DNA from: Octopus sinensis | Taxonomy: Eukaryota | Direction: 5' to 3' | Length of the DNA stretch: 64,000 bases | NCBI RefSeq assembly: GCF_006345805.1 | Contig: NC_042998.1 | Location: forward strand, 107,508,001-107,572,000 | Shown here: piece after piece, positions 24,911 to 38,738 of the stretch | Numbering within the stretch: position 1 is the first letter of the stretch | Layout: every line of letters begins with the position of its first letter | Translations under genes and position numbers: made by a program | Notes under the pieces: model-generated | Databases searched by the model: none | The model's input: the letters and a program-made list of their open reading frames with translations, nothing else | Told to the model about the DNA's origin: nothing

Positions 24911-25999
24911 TCTCTTGATTTCCAGCCAGAATTGTTCCAGTTTGATGCTAAATTCTGATTATTCAGTGCATTTAGTGGTTTTCACTTCAATATAACTTCA
25001 CAGTTTTGTTCACCTATATGTTTTTCTCTCAGATATTAATCCACAGATGTTCAGGTTGGGCATTTGGAACATCAGTCTCATCAACCTTGGGAGAAAGACC
25101 TGTGAAGGTCATGCTCACTGACTTTCATCTCCTGATGAATATTTTTTTTATTCTTTTACTTGTTTCACTCATTGGGCTGTGACCATCCTTGGGCACTGCC
25201 TTGATCAATTTTATGTCTGGTATTTATTCCTTTGCTGAATTAAATTACAGGGACACAAATCAACCCACACTGGTTGTTAAATAGATGAAAGGTATGAAGG
25301 AACAAAAAAGGGGAATATAGAAGAGGGGGAGGAGCAAGAAACTAGGTGAGTTACTGAAGGCAAGAGAGGTGTAGGAGTCCAAAGAGTAGGTTAGGGTCAG
25401 AGTTGACAGGATGGAGAAACTGTTGGGAGAAAACAGAGAGAAAAACAAGGCTGAGAGTTGGGAAGTAGTGGGTGAGTGCAGGGAGAGCAATAAAAGAAAG
25501 AGAAGCTGAATGGTAGAGGGTGATTGAATGTGAATGCAGAGAAAGCATCCTAGGTGGGATGGCTATGGAGAAAGAAAGGTGAGAGAAAGGGGTAGGAGTG
25601 GCAGTGGTTAAATGCAACAAGAGCAGTGAGAGAAAGAAAGAGTGGGTAATGAGATAAAGGCAAGAATAGGTGTGGTGTGGGTGAGAATGTCTGATGCAGC
25701 CTCTTATATGTGGGTTCAGAGAAGGATGAGAAGGGAATCAGAGTGAAGTAGATGATGTAGTCTGTCCAAGCAGTAGAGAGATGGGGTGGGGGGGATGGGG
25801 GCTATGAAAGATGAAAAAATGAGAGGAGGAGAAGGATGTAAAGTAAGAAGGAGGTGGAAGATACAAAGTGAGTTCTGAGTGGTAAGGTGGGCATGGCAGA
25901 GAACAAATATATATATGATATGGCTTCTAAAACACTTCTCATATCTCAAGGTATGTTTTGCCATAGGTGATTGGTCATCTGTAGCACTAACCATTATGG

Positions 26000-26560
26000 T
26001 CTTTGGTTATCTCTTTTGTGCAATGCAGTGTCTTCAATTTAGCCATCACTGCTTTGTCTGGAGTCTTTGTGTTTCTCTTCTACAGCTTCCACTAACTTGG
26101 AGTGCTCAGCACTTTTGTATACAACAATCATCCCCTATATGCTTCACATACCTGTTCTAGCGCAGCCTCTACATCTGATTCCTCTTATTTCATTTTTGCT
26201 CTCTCATGTTCATGTACACTAATAGTATACATCCATTGCAGCATGTTGGCTTCATTTCATTCTAGTCTTTGCAAATTTTCTATATTCAATGCCCATATCT
26301 CACTACCATGCAACTTCACATTCTATCATGTCATACAATCTGCTCTTCTCACTCTGAGAGGAAAGTATCTTTGTCAGCAGCAGTAGTAATAGCTTCCTGA
26401 GCTTCTTTCCAATTTGTCCTTAGCCTGGTGACTGTTCTTTCTGAATAACCATTTCCCCTGCTAATTATGTATCCTAGGAAACAGAAGTTCTCAACTACTT
26501 CTAATGAGCCATCTGAGCATTTAAGAGAATCGATTTCTGGTGTGCTCATTATATGTATTG
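26000..26560 (-). mobile_element. Degraded RTE fragment (approximate)
   Basis: DSLKCSDGSLEVVENFCFLG.IISRG.G.SE is the same RTE region seen at about 21110-21200. Confidence 0.7.
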
Positions 26561-28743
26561 TTTCAGTGCATCTGTCACATACAAAGCTTGCTTTTTCTTA
26601 GCCCACCATCTCTTGTATGTAATATCTAAGAAAGTTTACTTCCCAACTGCATGGTTTCAGTCCAGTCTCACTGCATGACACTTTAGGCAAATATCTTCTA
26701 CTGTAGCCCTGAGCCAACCAAAGTCTTTTGAGTGGATTTGGTAGATGGAAATTGAAAGAAGGTTTACTCATCACATGCTCTTCAGTTCAGGTCCTAAGAT
26801 TGTATTGTGCTTCTGCAAGCAAGGTTCATAACACTACTTATATTAGTTTGACTGACTGAAAAAAGAAATAGGCCCTAAACTCTACTGTATGTTTGAGTGG
26901 ACAGTTCACCATGCAACTAGTATTTCAGATATAACACATCATCATTTCATCATCGTTTAATGTCTGCCTTCTATGCTAGCATGGCTGGGACAGTATTGGT
27001 TAAGATGGAGTTTAAAGAATTAAGAAAAAAAAGATGTCCTTGTGTTATTTTATGCAAAGCCATTATCATTAGAGTATCTTAACATTGGTTTGTTAAAGAA
27101 TGTGCTTCTCAAATACTTAAAATACTGACATTGTCTCCATAACATAACTGTTTTATTGTCATTGAGGTAGTGACAGCTGTCTAAGTAGTAAAATACAAGT
27201 TAGTCAATACTTCTTAATGTGACATATATAAATAGGTGCAGATGGGTCAAGTGTGTGTATGTATGTGAGAGAGGGATTAGATATGCCAGCACCTTATCCC
27301 TCTGTTAATGCACACTCACACACATAATATAAAAGTAAGGTATATATTGATTGATTTATTTATCACATATCCCCAAAGAGACTTCAGTGTGTTTGTCATA
27401 TTTTTGACATTACCACTAGCACTACTAGATATAATGTGTATCACCTTACTGTGTCTCCTGCAAGGATCTGAGTTCAGCACTGCAAGCTGCTGAAACTCTG
27501 GTTAGTATTATATGACTACTGTGAGCTCTATGGCTGCACAGAATCTATTTATGGTTTGGTGCTGTGAAGTATTGAGACTTCAGTTTTTTTTCTGGGGACC
27601 CAACACAGAATTAGTGGTGGTATAATAGTGTTGACTATAAAGTCCATTTGGTGTATGCAATGTAAGCTATGGATGCACAAGAAGTGCAGCAGAATCTCAG
27701 CCAGACTAGCAGAGAAAGTGAGCTTCATATGTGACAGATGCACTGGAGCAACATGTATTCAGCACAATGAATATAAATTCTCTTAAATGTCCAGATGGCT
27801 CACTAGAAGTAGTTAATAGCCTTTATTATCTAGGAGATATAATTAATTTTGAAAGTATAGTTACTCTGAAAGTATAGTAGCAAGAATAAGAATGGGTTGG
27901 AAAAAGTTCAGGGAGCTATTACTGCTGCTGCAGCAAAGGTCTTTTCCTTCTGAATGAAGAGCAGATTGTATTATGCTTGTGTTACAACTACAGTGCTGCA
28001 TAGTAGTAAGACATGTGCCTTAAATGCAGAGGACTTGAGAAGACAAGGGGGAAAAAAATGAAGCTAGCATGCTTGTTAGATATCCAGTGTAAGTTTGCAT
28101 GAACAACAAAGTACAAATATGTTGAGACAAAAATTATCCATAAGTGTATTGAGATATAGTGTGCAAGAAAGAAACCTGACATTTAGTCACCACTGAATCT
28201 GCAAGGTGTCTCCTGCACAGCAAGACACCTGTCTGCCATACTTAGTCTCTTAATGCCTTGTATGAAAACATCTCCACTCAGCTGATGGGGCTTTTTTGTC
28301 TTGCAAGTTACTTGTTGACTTCACTTGTGTTGGGGGCCACGAAAAAAAGCACTCAGTAATTGGTATTAGGTGGGGCATTCAGTTGTATAAACCTTGCTAA
28401 AACAGACAACCATGCTAAAACAGATGCAGTCCTCTGGCTCATCAGATCCTGTTGAAGCATCTACTGCATGCCAACATGGGACACGGATTTTAAATGATGA
28501 TGGTGTGTGTATGTGTATATGTATGTATAAATATATATAAATATACACTCACACACGCACGTGTGTGTATGTGTGTGTTTATATATTTTCTTTTATACGT
28601 TTCAGCCCTAAGCCTGTGGCCAGTGTATGGAGAAAGTGCAGGAGATGTACATATAAAATAATAATGAACTTATTTTATACAGTGCTCATGTGCACTACAA
28701 TTCAACAGAAAAAGTAATCAAAACTGCATGAACTGTATGTAGA

Positions 28744-29241
28744 CTATGCACAGGAAATCAGTCTACAAAAAATAAAAAAAAAATGGGGAGGTGGGGCATC
28801 AGGTGTACTGATGGTGAATTGTAGGAAGCGTGGAAGTTTTAAAGGATGTAGTGTCTCAATGGCCAATGCAGGTTGTTTATTCCATGTTTCAACTATTCTG
28901 AGCATGAAAAAATGTTTCCGAAAGTCATAGGTACTGTGTTGTTTTTTTATTTTGTAAGCATGTCCATGATTGTTAGACGTATGGAATTCAAAAAGGTGCC
29001 TAAAATTGTTGTTGGAAAGATGGTAGATAACCTTGTGGGACTCAACCAAGTCAGTTACCAGGTGTTGGAGCTTTAATGTGTCCATGTTCTGGGAAGCAAG
29101 ACACTCAGAATATGATAGATGCCTGACGGCAGGTATTTGTCTGGTTGCATGCTTCTGAACAGTTTCCAGTAGATTGACATGCTGAGGAAGATTAGGGTTC
29201 CAGATTGGTGATGTAAACTCATATATGTATATATTTTCCAT
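28744..29241 (-). mobile_element. CR1/L2-like LINE RT 3' fragment
   Basis: EFTSPIWNP...LLETVQKHATR...YSECL...HGHAYKI...RKHFF.LRIVETWN. Confidence 0.8.
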
Positions 29242-29593
29242 GTATCATTTTTGTTGAATGCAATTTTATTTTCAAACATCCATGTCCTTTTTGAAGATTT
29301 TTTCTTCTCTATTTTTGAATTATTATTGATTTTTCACACACACTCTTTCACTCTCCTCCTTATTTGCTGTTATTCAGCTTTTTCCATTGCATCCCTGACT
29401 TCACTCATTCATTCACTTAAAAATTGCCAAAGATTCTGAAAATTTTCAGAAAGATTTATGGTCATTGTTTTTCTTAAGATTGTTTCTATATGTATTTTGT
29501 CATATTGGCATAAGTTACTGGAGTTTATGTAACTTATGTTATAGGGTTTATATAACCAAAGTCCAACATAAGAAGCTGATAAGAGATTTCTAA

Positions 29594-29965
29594 TTACCTC
29601 CGTCAAGGAAGGAGGTTATGTTTTCATCGGCATTTGTTTGTCCGTCTGTGTGCAAAATAACTCAAAAAGTTGTGAACAGTATTTGATGAAACTTGCAGGA
29701 AAAGTTGATAATGACACAAGGAACAGATGATGAGATTTTGGTAGTGATCTATTTTTATAGATTCTTGAAAGATTTTTCATTTGTTATATTTACTTTACAT
29801 GAAGTATTACAATGTTACGTTCTTTGATTATCTCCCTTGAAAACACGTTCATCGTTTGCACGTAACCTATGGTGGCGATGCTGTTTCCAAAGTTTATTTT
29901 CGTTTCTTTATTAGAAATTTTACTCACGTATTTATCTTAAAATGAGCTGCTTGGCAGAGGTCTGT
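29594..29965 (+). mobile_element. Helentron-associated non-autonomous element (HINE/DINE-1-like)
   Basis: TTACCTCCGTCAAGG...GGAGGTTATGTTTTC 5' end and a subterminal inverted CTTGGCAGAGGT at 29950-29961. This architecture is characteristic of HINEs. Confidence 0.7.
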
Positions 29966-30699
29966 AGAGGATGACATGACAAGCCTTGACTATTGGGATA
30001 GACTCAAAAAGCTCAGGCTTTGCTCTCTCCACTGCTGCTGTGAGCTCTATATCATCTGTATGATGTGGAAAATATTCCATCAACATTGCCCATCTTTAAA
30101 ATTCATCTAAGGCTTGACTCCTGTGCTTATCCGTCCACTACAGAAATGTTTGTGTCATATCACACCACTATGTCAGAACTATTTCACTTCAATTGGCCCT
30201 ACTCTCTTCAACATCGTGCCAGACATACCACCCACTCCCAGATACGTCTCTGAAAACAATAACCCTCTGAAAACAATAACCCTCTGCTTGAATGGGTTAC
30301 AGTTCCCCAGAGCTATCTGTGTATCTCTTCCAGGTGGTGATATGAAATTAGACATGGTCTGAGTCAACTTCGGCCGAAACTTATCTAAGTAATCTAATCT
30401 ATGCTGTAACCTTTTAATTAAAGCATGACAATGTGGGTAGAGGCTAATATCTTAACATTTCTGATGGTCTTAAGTATAAAAAAAAATTATTAAAGATTTA
30501 TATAGAATTACATTCAGAGTATGTCTATAAGCTATTGTGTTTAGACCTGGTTTCTATCCTCAAATAGTTCTGTTTTGTAGATGCAATTCTTTTTTTTTTT
30601 TTTAATAAAGCACTCCGAAATTAGCAAAATAAAAAATCTGCAACACTCATGGTCTCATGAGTATCGGATAATGGAATTTCAGCTGTGCAAAGAAACTGA

Positions 30700-31090
30700 T
30701 TGTGGTGATCGTAGTTTTGACGGTGATTGTGGTGAAAGCAGAGACAGTGTTGATGATGACAATGGCCAAGAAGTATGGGAGGAGAATAAAATAGTGGTTA
30801 TAATGGCAACAGGAGCAGTGTGATGCTGAGGTGATGGTGGTAATAGTGGTGTTGATGATAGTGTTAGTTGTGTGATGGTGGTATTGTAGTGGTTATACTG
30901 GTTGTGGTGGTGAAAGTGACTGTCAAGGTAACTCATGATAACGTTGATGATGGTGTATGTGATTGAAGTGGAAGCAATGACAATGCTGCTGATGATGTTG
31001 GTGGTTGTGGTGATGGTGATAGTGGTAGGATAGTTGTGGTGATAGTGGTAGGATAGTTGTGGTGGTGATTGTGATGTGGTGGTCGTAGTG
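30700..31090. repeat. Degenerate GTG/GAT trinucleotide repeat
   Basis: Direct reading. Includes a duplicated GATAGTGGTAGGATAGTTGTGGT unit. Confidence 0.85.
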
Positions 31091-31103
31091 CTGCTTCTGC
31101 TGG

Positions 31104-31143
31104 TTTGGCGGAGGTCTGCACTCTCCAAGTGCTTTTCTAGTTT
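31104..31143 (+). mobile_element. HINE-type 3' end
   Basis: TTGGCGGAGGT, then a GCACT/AGTGC hairpin, then CTAG followed by a T-run. Confidence 0.65.
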
Positions 31144-31206
31144 TGTTTGCTTTTATTGTGTTTTATATGATTTAACCAATATGTCTAATTTTGCTTCTAT
31201 TTTCAG

Positions 31207-31287
31207 TTTAAAAGTTACAACGTCAACTTCACTCAGCTTGAAATATGGCTAAGATTTGTATTCTTAGTGTTCACATTTATCACAGCA
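31207..31287 (+). CDS. TMEM181: TMEM181 coding exon 7 (FKSYNVNFTQLEIWLRFVFLVFTFITA)
   Basis: TTTTCAG acceptor, GCA|GTAAGT donor. LEIWLRF corresponds to LEIWFRF. Confidence 0.95.
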
Positions 31288-32534
31288 GTAAGTTTTACAT
31301 TATTATATAAAATAATGTTTGTTACACTTCATATACAAGCTAATGAGAAGGTGTGGGGTTCTATGTAGTAATTAGACCTACTAGATATAGTAGCCAAATT
31401 TCTCTCAAATCACACACGATCATCTTCAAAAAAGGAAGGCTATATTAGATTAAATAGTCTTAGATATAGTATGTCTTGATAAAAGTGGGATGGTCCTATA
31501 TGATTGGTTTACTTGATCAAGGCTGGAGTGGGCCTAATAGTAACTACATTCATGGCATACATATGAGTCAATGAGGTAGCTTTCATACAATCATCCAAGC
31601 TGGTAGAAGTAGCAGCCAAATATCTCTTATGGCAAGTTAAACTTGATACATATAAAAGGGTTTGAATTTTGGCATCAAGAAATTTTGTTAGAAATATGGT
31701 GAAATGTTACTGTGTGCATGTGTGTGTGATCCTTATTGCTTGAGTTCAGAGAAATAGAATGATTAACTGGTGTTTGATATTTACTTCTATGTGTCTATTA
31801 TTGAAGTGTTATGAATCTGCTCCCCACGAAGCAATGTGTTGAGTAAGGAAATTATATTTTTCAGGATGACAGCATGTATAGAAAAATCCTTGTTCTGTGA
31901 GCAGCAATGTATATAATAGCGGCTGTATTTGAGCCACTATTATAATAAGGATTATTAAATACACCTGTTGATGTAGCATCACACAAATTGCTAATAGGTT
32001 GAGGAATTAATTCAATGTGAATTTGGCCATTGTGTAAATTAATGGGCACAAGTTCTCATTTTATCATGTCATGGGAATGGTTTTCCTTTGTTCAGAGGCG
32101 ATTCACTACACTGTAAGTTAATATTCACCTCTAGAGATACATGCCTGATAAATGAATAGTGAAATCACTATAAAGACAGTAAACCTGACTTTTGACAACA
32201 TTTAGCTTACATTGTTAGTTCTTGTGAGAAAGGCATGAATGATGCATAAACTTATTTTTCTGGAAATGTCATGATTCATTGTTTACTTGGAGAAGGTCAT
32301 CACAGGAAAAAAAAACTGCTCTTATCCATCTGACTCTGGGATTTTGGCAAGTTATATCCAGTATTAAATTTATTATTCCAAAGAGAGATAAATCCATATT
32401 TTTAATTGGAAAAATCTTTCCAACCATAAATATCTCTTGAATATTTCAAAATGGTAGAAATGTGTATAAAATGACTTTATTTGTATTTCCTTATTCATTG
32501 AAGCTATTATTTTGTTTTCATTCTCTATTTCCAG

Positions 32535-32634
32535 TGCCTCTTTGCTCATTCCCTGAGGAAATTTTCCATAAAAGATTGGTCAATAGAACAACGTTGGATA
32601 GCAGTCTTACTTCCTTTACTCTTGCTCTACAATG
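32535..32634 (+). CDS. TMEM181: TMEM181 coding exon 8 (CLFAHSLRKFSIKDWSIEQRWIAVLLPLLLLYN)
   Basis: TTTCCAG acceptor, G|GTAACA donor. Near-identical to TMEM181 CLFAHSLRKFSMRDWGIEQKW. Confidence 0.97.
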
Positions 32635-34752
32635 GTAACACATCATCTTTATTTATGTATTTTAATATTCTAGCAAAATGGAAAGTAAGAGCTCAGTGTG
32701 CTGAATCTGTAATCCAGTTTTTGATTCTCACTTGAGGCCATTTCATTTCACTCCCGTTCCTAACAATCTTAGAAGAAAAGATATAGATTTTCTGTAATCC
32801 CCATTTTCCCAGCCCTATAAATTTGAGTTACTGTATTATTATCAATTCAGATGTTGATAATAACATTGTCAACATTAATCCTTAATGTTTTTATCAATGT
32901 TTGAATGACTGTTTTTTTCCATGTTGGCATAAGTTGGGTGAGTCTGCCATACAGCATGTTACCACTTTTGTTATTTCATCTCTGAACCATAGCAACTTGA
33001 GGTCTGATTTTAATTTTTGTTATGCCTATCTAAGCAAGAAATCAATATCTTTGTTAAACTTCAGTATTATATTATTTAAGCTGGAAGGAGTAGATATAAG
33101 AAAATCAGACTTTACAGTATTTATGTGTCTTATATTTCTAAGTTTCAATTTGTTTAACCTGGTTTTGGATCACTTTGCTATGTTCTTGAGAAAGGTACAT
33201 TCTTTTTGGCTTAAAGTTAGAGACAGATACTGTGCGTTACAGCAGGAACATCTAAATTGTTAAAAGCATCTAAATGTAAAAATTTTACTTTTCAGAGAAT
33301 TCCGTACTTCAAAACTACCTGCATGTAAAAATAGTGGGAATATGTTTATTATTTATATATATAATTTATGTGCATGAATGACAGTACAGAAATGAGCTGG
33401 TTTTAAGGGGAATCAAATGTGTGCAAGAGGAGAGACTGTACTGGTGTGGACATATGATAAGTCTGGAGAATAATAGTTGGGTAAAGAAGTGCCAAGAGAT
33501 CAAGGGATCTGCAGAAGGGAAAAACTGAGGGAGACTTGGACAGAAGAAAAAAAACTTGAATCACATGAAGGAAATGACAGGTGATGAGATGCAAGCATGG
33601 AAAAACACATGTAAATATTGTTGTTGATGCATGTCATCATCTGTTTAACATCTGTTTTCCATGCTGGCGTGAGTTGGACGGTTTGACTGAAATCTGGTAA
33701 GCTGGGGAGCTGCACCAAGTTCCAATTTGATTTGGCATGATTTCTACAGCTAGATGCTCTTCCTAACGCCACCCACTCCAAGAGTGTAGGGGTGCTTTTT
33801 ACATGCCACCAGCATGTGTGCTAGTTATGAAGCACTGGCATCAGCCACTACTACAATCTCACTTGGCTTGATAGGTCTTCTCAAGCATGGTATATTGCCA
33901 AAGGTCTTGGCCATTTCTATGATTTCATTTGGCTTATCGCCCAACATTCAAAGGGTGCTCTTTGTGTGCTAGCACGAGTGCCAGTTATAGGACACTGGCA
34001 TTGGCCATGACTGCAATTTCACTTGGCTTGATATGGGGTCTTCTCAAGCACAGCATATCATCAAAGGTCTCACATCATTATTATTATCATTTAACGCCTG
34101 TCTTCCATGCTGACAAGAGTTGGGCGATTTGAATTTGACAAGCTGACAAGTCAGAGGACTGCACCAAGCTCCACTGTCTGTTTTGGCATGATTTTTATGG
34201 CTGGATGCTCTTTCTAATGCCAACTACTTAACAGTGGATTAGATGCTTTTTTATGTGGCACCAGTGAAGTCACCCAGCTTCATAAGTGAAGTTCTTTCAT
34301 TCATTTATACATTTCAGTTATTGAACTGTAGCTATACTGGTGCTTTGATTTCAAGGATTTATTTGATTATATCAAGCTATTTACTTGATCGACTCTGGCA
34401 AAGTTGATGTATGTGGTAACTCTGTGTGAAGGGAAACAAACAAATACTATATGGTATATACTCTGTCGACTCCATTATGCATTGCCCATCGTCAGAATAT
34501 TTTCAAACCTGTTAATAAAAATACCCAATTACAATGAAAATGATAAGAAGAATACTGTCAAGAAAGAAATTGTAATGCTTAAATTATTGTGTTGTTATAA
34601 ATGAAAGTGACCAAATTGAGTGGATGAGGTGATATTGTCAAAATATATTCACTGAGCTGTAAATAGTTATGAGGATGAGGTGTTGTTCACTAATGAAAAT
34701 TCATTAAGTATATATGCAGCAGTAATTATCTTAGTCTTTTTATATTTTGCAG

Positions 34753-34880
34753 ACCCTATTTTTCCATTAACATTCCTAGTGAATAGTTGGTTACCTGGCA
34801 TGTTGGATGGAATATTCCAGGCTACATTCCTCTGTGCATTATTACTTTCTTGGTTGTGTCTTTACCATGGCATTCGACAA
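34753..34880 (+). CDS. TMEM181: TMEM181 coding exon 9 (DPIFPLTFLVNSWLPGMLDGIFQATFLCALLLSWLCLYHGIRQ)
   Basis: TTTTGCAG acceptor, CAA|GTGAGT donor. Contains the conserved LVNSWLPGMLD. Confidence 0.97.
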
Positions 34881-35282
34881 GTGAGTTGATTATGTTTCCT
34901 TTCATATTTTTGTGTGCTTGTGTATGAAAGTGAGATGAGAAAAAATATAATTGTACTATCTTAGACTTTCCAGCTTCTTGATTGGACTCAATCTGAAGAA
35001 TATGCATGAATGCATCAATATATATGTGTGTATATGCAATCAAGTGAAAGTGTACTTAATACACAAACTAGAGTATAGTTTTTTTTTTCAAAGCTAAAAC
35101 TTCACTCTTTTTCTGCTTCAGTTTTCTCATTTCTGGAATATTATTATAGATTTTAAATTTCAATAGATACCTTAATGTTACTGTGATTTGGTGCAAGTAT
35201 TATGATCTCTGCTCCTATAATTATCTGCTGCTGCTATTAGAACTTTGCCTCTGTGTGTGTAGGCAACTCTGCTTTGTGCAAT

Positions 35283-35355
35283 GCGCACGCACGCACACAC
35301 ACACACACACACACACCACACACACACACACACACACACCACACACACACACACA
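35283..35355. repeat. (CGCA)n/(CA)n alternating purine-pyrimidine tract
   Basis: Direct reading. Confidence 0.9.
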
Positions 35356-35955
35356 TGTTGCATGACAAAGCTTTGATTAAAGTACATTTGTGTAAAGTCA
35401 TATTTAACACATTGCAGTTTAATTGGATGTAATAAGGCCTTTCACTGCTGGAAGAGAGCTGAGAGATAGTTCTTCACTAGATTTGTACAAATGCACATTA
35501 TATTTTAAGCTGCGAGTGACGTCATTGGATTACAGGATGCATGTGTTTATGTGTTGTTCCAATGATGCAGCGGAATAATGCAACACATACACATGTGTGT
35601 ATATGTATCTATGTGTATATTTATATGTAAGCATAGGTTAACAATTAAATGTCTAAGACTTATCTAATACATTAGAAAATTATATATTCAGTCAACAGTA
35701 ATTGAAATGCAGCTGAAGGATGAAATTTAAAGTTGGCCTCATCTGGATTTAAATGATATGTGTTTTTGGACATCTCTACTAGAGTCATTTCTATAAGTAG
35801 TAGTCAGTCTTATCAACTATACCTTTCCCCCAAATTTGTGGCCTTATTCCCTTGTTAGAAGTCATTTAAAATACAACAAAAACTGTAGTATGTTTCAATT
35901 ATCTTGTATTTGTATTTCTACAATATGTTAACGTTTTGTTTTCATTTTCATACAG

Positions 35956-36105
35956 ACAGATCGACGGTTCTCAAAATTCTATTTACCAAAATTAATAGTT
36001 GTTGGTTTGTTATGGATAGCTGCTGTGACACTGGCATCATGGGAACAGTATAATGAATTGAGAGATCCAACATTTTATTATCGTTTGGATCACTCTAATT
36101 TTATG
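35956..36105 (+). CDS. TMEM181: TMEM181 coding exon 10 (TDRRFSKFYLPKLIVVGLLWIAAVTLASWEQYNELRDPTFYYRLDHSNFM)
   Basis: TTTTCATACAG acceptor, ATG|GTGTGT donor. FYLPK...VGLLW...NEL.DP conserved. Confidence 0.95.
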
Positions 36106-37444
36106 GTGTGTATTCATTTCTTGTTGATTAAAATATAATTTTTAAAAAATTCGAAAAAAAAAAAGATTTTAAAAATAATTCCAAATTCTGGATACATGAA
36201 ACTATTTTTCCATGTTTGCATTGGTGAATGGTTTGGGAGGGTGGTGGTGAATAATTGACCAAGCAGAGTTATGTGCCTTACACAAAAGTATAGCACAATG
36301 ATAGCAGTAGTAATCTTTGAACTTGGGGTCTTGTGGTCACTTGTTTGGTACATAAACACTACAGCTATTGTACATTTTAAAAAGGTAACTACATAAAATC
36401 AATGCTTTCATTCTGGTAATTGCATACTAAGTAAGAGCTCTACTATCTGGGTTAATTTCTCTGCTGTGTAAATATTTCAAATTTGAAAAAAAAGTTTGTA
36501 ACATTAATTTTGGAATGGTAAATAAAATTTATCTCTCAGAAGTATTTGAAGCTATTTAGATGTTTATTAGGTAACATAATTAGTTAATTAATCTATTTGC
36601 TAATGTTATTTGAATGGTGCTAATAATGTTTAGAAAAATCAAGTTGATATTGCCAGAATAAGTGTGTCTTGAGAAAAAGATATTTGTAACATTGCAGAAA
36701 AGACACATCACTGGAGAATAAATCTTTGATGGAGGACTTGGTTTCAAAACATTAGAATATTCTCCTCAGTGTACACTAACTGGTTTTGGAGCTTTATGGA
36801 AATTATTGTTTCTGACATTCACCATGGCTAATTTCTTGAAACTTTTATATTTTGCTTTTGTTAATTTAGCAATGCTATAAACTCATTCTACATTGTGGAT
36901 ATATTTGGTCTTGCTGTGAAGACTTATTTTATTGAAAGACTTATTTTATTGAGCATCTTTTGCTTCATAGACATGTCTATTTTGTCCTAAATATCAAATA
37001 AATTGTTTTCCACTCTGATCACATTCTCTCAATATTGGGGATTTTTTTCACCTTAGATAATATCACTCTAAATATTCTTAAATACAGAAAATGTAATTAT
37101 TTCATGGGTAGTTAATTGTAGTTGAGTAGCTTTTCACAGCACTGCTTGAGGCAAGAAGTATATTTGTTTTAAAGAGCTGTTACATCAAAATTTTGAATTG
37201 ATAGCAATACGTTTTTTTATCATTGTGATACAAACAGGATAATTTAATGGTTAAGAAATTAAAACATGTAGTTGCTACTCTAAAGATTGCTGGCTTATAT
37301 CAAGCAGATCCAGCCAGCCAATAACTATTCATTATGCGTGTGTGAGATGGAATGTATGTATATTTTTGAGTGTTGTTTATTTCTAACATGTTTGTATTTT
37401 GAATATTGAAGTAAATCATTTTATTTTGTTGATTTCTTTTTCAG

Positions 37445-37547
37445 GGTATCAAGGTTTGCTTCTTCATTGTAGGTGGAATTTATCTCGTCTATCTCAGTTA
37501 TTTGTTAATTCAAGCATTTGCTGAATTACAGACGATGCCTTACTTTG
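37445..37547 (+). CDS. TMEM181: TMEM181 coding exon 11 (GIKVCFFIVGGIYLVYLSYLLIQAFAELQTMPYF)
   Basis: TTTCTTTTTCAG acceptor, G|GTAAAT donor. Corresponds to GMKVFF...ELRHMPY. Confidence 0.95.
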
Positions 37548-37829
37548 GTAAATAGCTTACATTGAAATTTCTTTTCAGTATTCATAAATTAAAATTATTA
37601 TGACAACATTGGACACAACCTAGACACTTGACTGTTAAGACTTATTTCATGTGTTATTGTATTTAATTTTGTCCCTCAGTTTTCAATTCTGACCCCATCA
37701 AAGTTGAATTTGATGTTCATCCTGGTAAGGGTGATAAAACTTCAACAAATTTTTTTTATTCCTTCCTTAATTTAGTTTAAAGGGAGGAGATGCAGTATTT
37801 TCATGTACTTTAAAGGCCCTTTCACATTA

Positions 37830-38370
37830 AAGTGGTTCATGTAGTTGACGGTCACCTTGAATTTTTGTAAGTTGATGCCTGTAGGGAAAATATTGAGAGA
37901 AATCTAGGGAGTTGCAGTTCTGGGGAGGAAGGATTGGGTGAAGTGTTTGGTGTGCTGTTTTAGAAGACATTGTAGAGATGATGGGAGGAAAAGTAGTTGT
38001 TGCTGTTAGACCAAATAAATCAGAGCTGATTTGGAGCTTATGTGCAAACACATTGCAGTCATGAACATCCCAATATACAAAGACTATGGTTTTCTGATAC
38101 ATCTTCCTTCTTTTAAAAGTGTCAGGTGTGATGATTTTCAGAAATATCTGAATGTTGTATCTCATAGACTGAATAACCCCCATTTGTTTGTTGAGAAGAA
38201 GTGAATGAAATGGGTTGAGTTGGCACACAAGTTGCTTGTTTAGATGTAAATAGAGTAGTAGTAAATTGATTGGAGGACATAGCTTGTCCATAATGTAGTG
38301 TGCTAAGGTATGATCTTATCTTGAATCCAAGGAAACCAGTGGTAGTCTGCATTGACAAAAGGTAATCCAT
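37830..38370 (-). mobile_element. Degraded LINE 3' fragment (approximate)
   Basis: Stop-riddled minus-strand frames with an RT C-terminal flavour (e.g. NLQKFKVTVN near the 3' end). Confidence 0.45.
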
Positions 38371-38738
38371 AAAAGTTCATTAACTTCTTGTGAATTTGAC
38401 TTTTTCCCCAAGATGTTATAGGACATGATTGGTTTTTCTCTATTCTATTCATAGGTGGGATAAATGCATACAGCTTGGATTACTTATAAGTCAAGAGTTC
38501 AAATCTACTACAGGTGGTTCACTGTGTTTTTGGGGAAAATATTTTATTCTATATTACCTTAGTTCACTATCAATAGATACCACTACATCACCTAGGAAAT
38601 AGTAGCTGCTTCATGCTATGAAGCTACAGCTAAGAACTGACTCTTATTGTTTTTTCATTTATATTTTTGTAATTATAAAATGCAAGTTCTTTGAATTTCA
38701 AAAATATCTGTTGTTTAATTTAAAAAAATATTTTCCAG

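Noticed and set aside
30679-31128. Thr/His-rich 149-aa ORF
   Set aside because: It is a trinucleotide repeat translation.
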